Translations under genes and position numbers: made by a program
The notes under the pieces: generated by a model
Told to the model about the DNA's origin: nothing
What the model saw: the letters and a program-made list of their open reading frames with translations, nothing else
The model's database searches: none
Source of the DNA: Chthoniobacteraceae bacterium
Lineage (GTDB): Bacteria > Verrucomicrobiota > Verrucomicrobiia > Chthoniobacterales > Chthoniobacteraceae
Assembly (NCBI GenBank): GCA_031409655.1
Contig: JANNXQ010000159.1
Location: 1-10,098, forward strand
DNA: 10,098 bases
Direction: 5' to 3'
Shown: positions 1 through 6,259 of the stretch, piece after piece
Layout of the letters: each line of letters opens with the position of its first letter
Numbering within the stretch: the stretch's first letter is position 1

Positions 1-2
1 GG

Positions 3-1511
3 CATGGGCTCTGGCTGGCGCTCCTCGCGGCGGCGATTTCCTTTGGCTGGTTTCAGCTTGATGGAAACATCGGCATCAATCTCGCGGACGAAGGCTACCT
101 CTGGTATGGCGCGCAGGCGGTGGGTCGAGGGGAAGTGCCGATGCGGGATTTCCAGGCCTACGATCCCGGGCGCTACCTCTGGACAGCCGCCTGGGCGCGG
201 GTGCTCGGACAGGATCTCGTGGCCCTGCGGCTTTCGTGCGTGATCTTTTCGGTGCTCGGTGTCACGGCAGGTTTGCTCGTCGCGTGGCGGCTGTCGCGGC
301 ACTGGCTCTTCCTCATCAGCGTCGCGCTGCTCCTCTGCGCGTGGATGCATCCGCGCTTCAAATGTTTCGAGCAAAGCATCGCGCTCATGGTGGTGTATGC
401 CGGCGTGCTCCTGCTCGAACGGCCGACGGTGAATCGCCATTTCGGGGTCGGGATTTTCGGCGGGCTCATGGCCTTCATGGGGCGCAATCACGGCGTGTAT
501 CACGTCATCGCTTTCCTCCTCCTCATCGCGGCGGCGGCCCGCGGTCGCGGCTTCGGGATCTGGCTGCGCGACAGCCTGGCGTGGGGCGTCGGCATTTTCA
601 TCGGCTACATGCCGCAGCTCCTGATGTTCAAGGCCGTGCCCGGCTACTTGCAGGAGTTCAAGCACTACGTCGCCGCGATCGCGAGCAAGGGCACCAATCT
701 GGCCGCCAGCATCCCGTGGCCGTGGCGCGTGGAGATGAATCTGCCAAACTGGCGCTGGGCTTCCGCAGTGCTGGAAAGCGGATTCTTCGTCGCGCTGCCG
801 CTCTTCCTGCTGCTCGCTGCGTGGTGGATTTTCACCCGGAAACGTGCGAGCCACGCGCTGGTCGCGGCGGCCTGCATGACGCTGCCGTATGCGCACTTTG
901 CCTTCTCGCGACCGGACACGATTCACCTCGGCCACGCGGCGCCGACGCTCGCCCTCGGCCTCCTCGCGCTGGCCTTCGCCGTGGGGCCCGCTGCCGGTCA
1001 AATGCTCACGCCCGTGCTGCTCGGCGCCAGCTTGCTGACGAACCTTTTCGAGACGGGGCTCGCACGCAAAATCTTCCCGCCGACCCCGCCGCTCGTCCAG
1101 ATGGAGGTGCGCCAGCGGACGATGAGCGTAGGTGCGGAAGAGGCGGAATTTCTGAAGTCCGCGACGACGCTCGCGACCGAGATCGCGAACCCGGATGAGC
1201 GCATCCTTTTCCTCCCGAATCTGCCGGCGCTCTACCCCGCCGTGGGCCGCACCTCGCCGATCCCGCAGCTCTACTGCATCTTCCCTGCATCGCTCGAGGA
1301 GCAGACGGAGATGGTGCGCGAAATCGAACGGACCCGCGTGCAGTGGGTGCTGCTCCGCGACTACCCGCTGGATGGCCGTGACGATCTGCGTTTCCGGCAG
1401 ACAAACCCGCTCGTCTTCGCCCACTTCAGCCGCTATTTCGCGCCGTTTCCAATGCCTTCGCTCCCCACTGATTCCGTCATCTTACGTCGCATCACGGCGC
1501 CGCGCCCGTGA
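3..1511 (+). CDS. Polytopic membrane glycosyltransferase, GT-C/ArnT-PMT-like (5'-partial, starts before window)
   Basis: The frame of ORF 120..1511 is open back to base 3 (HGLWLALLAAAISFGWFQLDGNIGINLADEGYLWYGAQAVGRGEVPMRDFQAYDPG). It has a first TM helix followed by a DE acidic pair and a G.VP.RDF motif typical of GT-C loop 1. Many hydrophobic segments follow, then a soluble C-terminal domain. Its TGA overlaps the next ATG (TGATG). Confidence 0.7.
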   Translation, partial: HGLWLALLAAAISFGWFQLDGNIGINLADEGYLWYGAQAVGRGEVPMRDFQAYDPGRYLWTAAWARVLGQDLVALRLSCVIFSVLGVTAGLLVAWRLSRHWLFLISVALLLCAWMHPRFKCFEQSIALMVVYAGVLLLERPTVNRHFGVGIFGGLMAFMGRNHGVYHVIAFLLLIAAAARGRGFGIWLRDSLAWGVGIFIGYMPQLLMFKAVPGYLQEFKHYVAAIASKGTNLAASIPWPWRVEMNLPNWRWASAVLESGFFVALPLFLLLAAWWIFTRKRASHALVAAACMTLPYAHFAFSRPDTIHLGHAAPTLALGLLALAFAVGPAAGQMLTPVLLGASLLTNLFETGLARKIFPPTPPLVQMEVRQRTMSVGAEEAEFLKSATTLATEIANPDERILFLPNLPALYPAVGRTSPIPQLYCIFPASLEEQTEMVREIERTRVQWVLLRDYPLDGRDDLRFRQTNPLVFAHFSRYFAPFPMPSLPTDSVILRRITAPRP

Positions 1512-2671
1512 TGACGCGCACTGAGTTTCTGGTCTTCGGCCAGCCCCAGATCGAGCAGGCGGAGATCGATGAAGTGGTGGATTCGCTGCGCAAGGCGTGG
1601 CTCGGCACCGGGCCGAAAGTGGCGCGTTTTGAAAACGACTTTGCGGCCTACAAGGGCGTGCCGACCGCGGCGGCGGTGAACTCCTGCACGGCGGCGCTGC
1701 ACCTCAGCATGGTGGCCGCTGGCCTTCAGGCTGGGGATGAAGTGATCACCAGCGCGCTGACCTTCTGCGCGACGGTGAATGCGATCATCCATGCGGGCGC
1801 GACGCCGGTGCTGGCGGACGTGGACCCGGCGACGATGTGTCTCGATCCCGCCGACGTCGAGCGGCGCATCACCCCGCGGACCCGAGCCCTGCTCGTCGTC
1901 CATTTCGCGGGACATCCGTGCGCCATGGAGGCCTTCGAGGCGCTCGCCGCGCAGCATGGGTTGAAGCTCATCGAGGACTGCGCGCATGGCATCGAGACGG
2001 AGTATCGCGGGCGGAAGGCGGGGACCTTCGGCGACTTCGGTTGCTTCAGCTTTTACGCGACGAAGAATATTTCCACCGGCGAAGGCGGCATGATCCTCGC
2101 GCGCGCCGAGGCCGACATGAAGCGGGTGAAGATGCTCGCGCTGCACGGGATGAGCGCCGATGCGTGGCGCCGCTTCAGCGACGACGGCTACCGGCACTAC
2201 CAGGTCGAGGAGTGCGGCTTTAAGTACAACATGATGGATCTCCAGGCGGCGCTCGGCATCCATCAACTCGCCCGCGTGGAGACTTGGTGGGAGCGGCGGC
2301 GGCAGGTCACGGAGCGTTATCGCACGGAATTCGCGACCCTCCCGCTCGGTTTCCAGACCGATGCGCCCGCCGATTCCCGCCACGCCTACCACCTTTTCCC
2401 CATCCTCATCGACCCGGCCCGCGCTGGCCTCACGCGCGATGCCTTCCTCGAGGCGCTGCAGCGGCGGATGATCGGCGCCGGCGTTCACTACCTGAGCATC
2501 GCCGAGCATCCGTATTACCAGAGGACTTTCGGCTGGCAGCCCGAAGCGTGGCCGCACGCGAAGCGGATCGGTCGCCAGACGCTTAGCCTGCCCCTTTCAC
2601 CACGATTAACGGATGAGGATGTGGAGGACGTCGTGGACGCGGTGCGGGCGATCGTCCGGAGTCCGACGTGA
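1511..2671 (+). CDS. DegT/DnrJ/EryC1/StrS family PLP-dependent nucleotide-sugar aminotransferase (ArnB-like)
   Basis: Motifs GPKVARFE, NSCTAALHL, GDEVITSALTF.AT.NAI, IEDCAH, FSFYATKNISTGEGG (PLP lysine), GFKYNM.DLQAALG and LSLPL. The start is ATG 1511 or GTG 1508, translationally coupled to the upstream stop. Confidence 0.95.
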   Translation: MTRTEFLVFGQPQIEQAEIDEVVDSLRKAWLGTGPKVARFENDFAAYKGVPTAAAVNSCTAALHLSMVAAGLQAGDEVITSALTFCATVNAIIHAGATPVLADVDPATMCLDPADVERRITPRTRALLVVHFAGHPCAMEAFEALAAQHGLKLIEDCAHGIETEYRGRKAGTFGDFGCFSFYATKNISTGEGGMILARAEADMKRVKMLALHGMSADAWRRFSDDGYRHYQVEECGFKYNMMDLQAALGIHQLARVETWWERRRQVTERYRTEFATLPLGFQTDAPADSRHAYHLFPILIDPARAGLTRDAFLEALQRRMIGAGVHYLSIAEHPYYQRTFGWQPEAWPHAKRIGRQTLSLPLSPRLTDEDVEDVVDAVRAIVRSPT

Positions 2672-2673
2672 CC

Positions 2674-2736
2674 CAAGGAGCTGGGGCGCCCCCGCCCCGT
2701 GTTTGAAACTTGGGGCGAGGGCGCCCCAACTCCTTG
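2674..2736. repeat. 63-nt imperfect inverted repeat (REP doublet-like; possible bidirectional terminator or mRNA stabiliser)
   Basis: CAAGGAGCTGGGGCGCCCCCGCCCC on the + strand and CAAGGAGTTGGGGCGCCCTCGCCCC on the - strand, located between convergent stop codons at 2671 and 2771. Confidence 0.75.
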
Positions 2737-2770
2737 AAAGCACCTTCCTGCGCGCCAGCGTTCCCGGGAC

Positions 2771-4669
2771 TTACGGCGGCGGCGGTGCTGCGGAGAGTTT
2801 GTCGCGCAGTTCGATGAATTCCTTTTGTCCGGCGCGCAGCGCGAGCGCCTTGTCGAGTGCCGTGCGGGCCCCGGCAATGTCGCCCTTTTCAAAACGCACC
2901 CTGGCGAGCAGGTAGTGCGTCTTCGCGGCCTCGGGTTCGGCAGCAGCGGAGGCGGTGAGAAATTTCTCGGCGACCTCCCAGCGCTTCTCCTCGAGCGCGA
3001 GGACGCCGAGATTATTCAGCGTGCCGGCGTGGCGGGAGTCGATCTCCAGGGCGAGCCGGTAGAAAAGTTTGGCGTGAGTGCGCTGGGCACTCTTTTCCCG
3101 CGCGTCAGACGAGCGCTCGCTCCGGGCCAGCCAGAGATTGCCGAGCGCAAAGTCGATGTCCGCATTTCTCGGAACGTAGGCGTAGGCCGTCTCCAGGTTG
3201 CGTTGTGCGCGATCCAGATCGCCGGCATCGGTCGCGCGGATGCCGGCTTTATAGTGATCCAGCGACCACAGCCCGATGTCGCCCCGTGGGATCGAGACGA
3301 ACCAAGCCGCGCCGAGCGCCCCCGCCAAATACATACTGGCGGGCAACCAGCGGGAGCGGCTGAGATTTTCGTAGAGCATCCAGAGTCCGCCCGCGCCGAG
3401 CAGTATCAGGCCAGGGACTGCGGCAAGGCGGTAGCGTTCCGTGACGAAGACCGGGAGCAGCGCCGCCATATGCAGGAGCACGGCCGCCGCGACCCAGCGC
3501 GCGCGGGGAAACCTCCACACCACCGGGATCAGCCCCGCCAGCCCGAGTGCCGCGACGATGCCAAAGCGCAGACCCGGCGGCAGGATGCCCTCGTCGCGCA
3601 GGAGTTTGATGATGCTGAGGTCGTCATACTGGTAGGCGTTCCAAAAGTTCCCGAGTTTCACCCCTATGAGCCGGAGCCACGCGGGGCGATTCGCTCGGAT
3701 GTAATCGTTCGCTTTTGCGCTCCAATACTTCGACACCTCGGCCCGGGTGAGTTTCCGGCCAGCGGCCTCCTCCGCGAGCGTGATCGAGTCGCGGAGCAAC
3801 CCGTCCTGCGTGGCGCGGAGACCGGGCGGGATCTTCGGATAGCCAGTCGCCGAGGGATTGTTGCCGATCCAGAAATTGATGCCGCTGTGCGCGGAAAGCA
3901 GCACCGGCTCACGGGCGATGAAGTAATTGTGCAGCCACGCGGGTGCGGCTCCCGCGTAGATGCCCGCGAAGAGGATGGCCATCGCCGTCGCGCTGCCCGC
4001 GAGCCGCGTCCGCCACGGCCGGCCCCGCTCGACCGTGAAAATGATCGCCGCCAGCATCAGCGGCACGAGAAAGAGAATCGTCGCGACCAGCATCGCGACG
4101 ACCCCGCTGGCGAGACCCAGGGCCAGCCACGGCTGCCACCGCGTGGCTTTGTCTGTGGCCATCAGCCACCAGATACATCCGTAGAATGCCAGCACCAGCC
4201 AGACGGTCGGCATGAGGATGGCGGAAAATGTTTGTGCCGGCAGGTAGCAGGTCCACGCGAGCGCGGCCGCAACCCCGATCAGGTGGGGGCGCGGGCCGCT
4301 CCCGCCCTCGTCTTTGCGATCTCCGAAGGCCAGCAGGGCTATCTTATAAATGAGAACCGCGATCAGCCCTTCGAAGCCGGCCTGCAGCAATCCCGCAGCG
4401 AAGGGATTGAATCCGCCCGCCACCGTGTAGATCGCTGCCAGGACATACGCATAGCCCGGGAGCCCGTAGAAGGCCTTCCCGTCGGTCCATGCCCCATGGG
4501 TAATCCTCAGCGCCCAGTCGCTGTAGAATTTCATATCGTCGCCCTCCGGCAGGAAGTGGATGGAGTGTGAAAAGCGCACCAGCACCAGCAGCCGGACCAG
4601 AAACGTCAGCGCGAAGAGCGCTAATGCAGGTGAGAATCGGGACGCAGACTTGAGAAGCGGCGGCGGCAT
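2771..4669 (-). CDS. GT-C (ArnT/PMT-like) membrane glycosyltransferase with C-terminal TPR repeats
   Basis: N-terminal TM helix (FLVRLLVL), then EGDDMKFY.DWA.RI and FYGLPGY.Y.LA. Multiple TM helices, a periplasmic loop SGINFWIGNNP and an ERYRL motif follow. The C-terminus has TPR-like units (FALGNLWL, TLNNLGVLAL, THYLLARVRFEKGD). The start is ATG 4669, or GTG 4702 as in the ORF track. Confidence 0.8.
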   Translation of the reverse strand: MPPPLLKSASRFSPALALFALTFLVRLLVLVRFSHSIHFLPEGDDMKFYSDWALRITHGAWTDGKAFYGLPGYAYVLAAIYTVAGGFNPFAAGLLQAGFEGLIAVLIYKIALLAFGDRKDEGGSGPRPHLIGVAAALAWTCYLPAQTFSAILMPTVWLVLAFYGCIWWLMATDKATRWQPWLALGLASGVVAMLVATILFLVPLMLAAIIFTVERGRPWRTRLAGSATAMAILFAGIYAGAAPAWLHNYFIAREPVLLSAHSGINFWIGNNPSATGYPKIPPGLRATQDGLLRDSITLAEEAAGRKLTRAEVSKYWSAKANDYIRANRPAWLRLIGVKLGNFWNAYQYDDLSIIKLLRDEGILPPGLRFGIVAALGLAGLIPVVWRFPRARWVAAAVLLHMAALLPVFVTERYRLAAVPGLILLGAGGLWMLYENLSRSRWLPASMYLAGALGAAWFVSIPRGDIGLWSLDHYKAGIRATDAGDLDRAQRNLETAYAYVPRNADIDFALGNLWLARSERSSDAREKSAQRTHAKLFYRLALEIDSRHAGTLNNLGVLALEEKRWEVAEKFLTASAAAEPEAAKTHYLLARVRFEKGDIAGARTALDKALALRAGQKEFIELRDKLSAAPPPP

Positions 4670-4730
4670 GTGGGTCAAACAGAGGCGCTCATCTCGTGCC
4701 ACTCCCGAGGCGATGCCAAGGGAAAACGGG

Positions 4731-4753
4731 GTTTTGTCTGGAAATTACAAAAC
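4731..4753. promoter_or_regulatory. Inverted repeat GTTTTGT-N9-ACAAAAC, candidate regulator binding site
   Basis: Perfect 7-bp arms with a TGT-N9-ACA core just upstream of the sigma54 motif. The TTTGT-N9-ACAAA core is retained in copy 2. Confidence 0.45.
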
Positions 4754-4764
4754 TCAGACCGGTC

Positions 4765-4781
4765 TTGGCATCACCGCTGCT
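4765..4781 (+). promoter_or_regulatory. Sigma54 (RpoN) -24/-12 promoter of pilin 1
   Basis: TTGGCATCACCGCTGCT has GG-N10-GC spacing and matches consensus TGGCAC-N5-TTGC. It lies ~80 nt upstream of the pilin ATG. Type IVa pilin genes are commonly RpoN-dependent. Confidence 0.75.
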
Positions 4782-4861
4782 TTATCCCCCATGTGTAAGC
4801 CTCGGAGTGATCCGAAGCATTCATAAACAAAATCCTAAACTAACCGAACTAATAACACCGT

Positions 4862-5269
4862 ATGTTGCAGAAACTAAATAAGAACCGTGGGGGCTTTACC
4901 CTCGTTGAAATCATGATCGTGGTCGCCATCATTGCCTTGCTGGCTGCGATCGCTGTCCCAAACTTCCTCCGGGCTCGTAAGCGCTCCCAAGCGTCCCGCG
5001 TCCTGCAGGATATGCGCATGGTGGACTCCGCCATTGACCAGTATGCCATCGAGTTTAACAAATCGAGCGGCATGTCCGTCAACTGGACCGACATCCGCGC
5101 CTACCTGAAGACTGGCTCGAAGCTGTATAACACCACCGGTTCTGACATGCTCGGCTTCACCATCAATGGTGGCAGCTTCACCGTGGACGGCATCCCACGC
5201 ATCGCCTCCTCGACCTACAACGCTCTCTCTGACGTTGCGCCGAGCGATTTCTGGTCGCCCTTCTATTGA
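4862..5269 (+). CDS. Type IV prepilin (PilA-like major pilin), copy 1
   Basis: Short basic leader MLQKLNKNRGG, then the class III cleavage/methylation motif G|FTLVE with Glu at +5, and a hydrophobic helix IMIVVAIIALLAAIAVP. It has its own promoter and terminator. Confidence 0.93.
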   Translation: MLQKLNKNRGGFTLVEIMIVVAIIALLAAIAVPNFLRARKRSQASRVLQDMRMVDSAIDQYAIEFNKSSGMSVNWTDIRAYLKTGSKLYNTTGSDMLGFTINGGSFTVDGIPRIASSTYNALSDVAPSDFWSPFY

Positions 5270-5302
5270 TCCGGAGCGAAAAGCCTGATTCAGGCATCGC
5301 TT

Positions 5303-5338
5303 AAAGCCGCTCTCCTGTTAAACCGGGAGGGCGGCTTT
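5303..5338 (+). terminator. Intrinsic terminator-like hairpin after pilin 1
   Basis: AAAGCCGCTCTCCTG-TTAAAC-CGGGAGGGCGGCTTT forms a 15-bp stem with 2 G-U pairs. The U tail is short. Confidence 0.75.
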
Positions 5339-5375
5339 GCCATTTTCGGGGGCGTCCCTGCTTGCGGATCGGCGT

Positions 5376-5542
5376 GAGATTCTGCGCGCCAAAACGGGGG
5401 TGAACGCGGATGCGGCAGACCCGGCTGGAAGTAGATCGGTGCGAGTCTTCGACGGAAAGGCCAGCAACCGCCTGTCGAAAGCAGAGAGACGGTTCGTCGT
5501 TGCTGAAAATCGAGGGCCAGACTTGAGAAACGGCGGCGGCAT
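5376..5542 (-). pseudogene. Decayed remnant of the 5' end (~55 codons) of the GT-C/TPR gene
   Basis: MPPPFLKSGPRFS vs MPPPLLKSASRFS; RLLA vs RLLV; IYFQP (different frame) vs IHFLP; FTPVLARRIS vs FYSDWALRIT. All are at an offset of 873-876. The TM helix is lost and the frame is disrupted. Confidence 0.75.
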
Positions 5543-5637
5543 ATGGGGCACGCGGAAGCACCCATCTCGTGCCACTCCGAAGCGAGGCCAAGGGAAAACG
5601 GGGTCTTTGTCTGGAAATTACAAAACTCAGACCGGTC

Positions 5638-5654
5638 TTGGCATCACCGCTGCT
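5638..5654 (+). promoter_or_regulatory. Sigma54 (RpoN) -24/-12 promoter of pilin 2
   Basis: Identical TTGGCATCACCGCTGCT to 4765-4781, at the same distance from the ATG. Confidence 0.75.
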
Positions 5655-5734
5655 TTATCCCCCATGTGTAAGCCTCGGAGTGATCCGAAGCATTCATCTA
5701 TTAAATCCTAAACCAACCGAACTAATAACACTGT

Positions 5735-6142
5735 ATGTTGCAGAAACTAAATAAGAACCGCGGGGGTTTTACCCTCGTTGAAATCATGATCGTGGTCGCC
5801 ATCATTGCCTTGCTGGCTGCGATCGCCGTCCCAAACTTCCTCCGAGCTCGTAAGCGCTCCCAAGCGTCCCGCGTCCTGCAGGATATGCGCATGGTGGACT
5901 CCGCCGTCGACCAGTATGCCATTGAGTTCAACAAATCGAGCGGCATGTCCGTCAACTGGACCGATATCCGCGCCTACCTGAAGACTGGCTCGAAGCTGTA
6001 TAACACCACTGGCGAGGACATGCTCGGCTTCACCATCAATGGTGGCAGCTTCACCGTGGACGGCATCCCGCGCATCGCCTCCTCGACCTACAACGCTCTT
6101 TCCGACGTTGCACCGAGCGATTTCTGGTCGCCCTTCTTTTGA
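5735..6142 (+). CDS. Type IV prepilin (PilA-like major pilin), copy 2
   Basis: Same G|FTLVE motif. 132/135 aa are identical to copy 1 (I58V, S94E, Y135F). Confidence 0.93.
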   Translation: MLQKLNKNRGGFTLVEIMIVVAIIALLAAIAVPNFLRARKRSQASRVLQDMRMVDSAVDQYAIEFNKSSGMSVNWTDIRAYLKTGSKLYNTTGEDMLGFTINGGSFTVDGIPRIASSTYNALSDVAPSDFWSPFF

Positions 6143-6175
6143 TCCGAAGCGAAAAGCCTGATTCAGGCATCGCTT

Positions 6176-6211
6176 AAAGCCGCTCTCCTGTTTAATCGGG
6201 AGGGCGGCTTT
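6176..6211 (+). terminator. Intrinsic terminator-like hairpin after pilin 2
   Basis: The stem is identical to 5303-5338. The two substitutions are both in the loop (TTTAAT vs TTAAAC). Confidence 0.75.
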
Positions 6212-6259
6212 GCCGTTCCTAAAGGGCTGAGAATACCTAATCACCGATGGCGAAGTAGC

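Larger units (their letters stand above)
4500..5341 (+). repeat. Tandem duplication copy 1 (5' part of GT gene, promoter, pilin, terminator)
   Basis: Aligns to about 5376-6214 at an offset of 873-876. 4733-4824 is identical to 5606-5697 (92 bp). The pilin genes differ at 19/408 nt by manual count. The left boundary is approximate because homology decays. Confidence 0.9.
5376..6214 (+). repeat. Tandem duplication copy 2
   Basis: Direct repeat of about 4500-5341. Identity ends just after the terminator (GGCTTTGCC). Confidence 0.9.

Noticed and set aside
236..1198. 320-aa alternative-frame ORF
   Set aside because: It is an Arg/Ala-rich off-frame translation inside the membrane GT gene.
1433..2557. 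374-aa minus-strand ORF
   Set aside because: It lies antisense to the clearly recognisable aminotransferase and has no independent features.
2825..4570. 581-aa plus-strand ORF
   Set aside because: It is the antisense shadow of the GT-C/TPR gene. It is Arg/Gly/Pro-rich with no motifs, as expected in high-GC DNA.
4696..4881. Duplicated 61-aa ORFs (also 5569-5754) as leader peptides
   Set aside because: They start upstream of the predicted sigma54 promoter. Their similarity is explained by the DNA duplication and promoter conservation.
5318..5575. 85-aa minus-strand ORF as a functional small protein
   Set aside because: It is better explained as a decayed fragment of the GT gene. The TM segment is lost and homology switches frame.
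4862..6142. Neisseria-style pilE/pilS antigenic variation, DGR template/variable repeat, or invertible switch
   Set aside because: Both copies are full-length with promoters. Differences are mostly synonymous and not adenine-specific. No reverse transcriptase, recombinase or flanking inverted repeats are seen.
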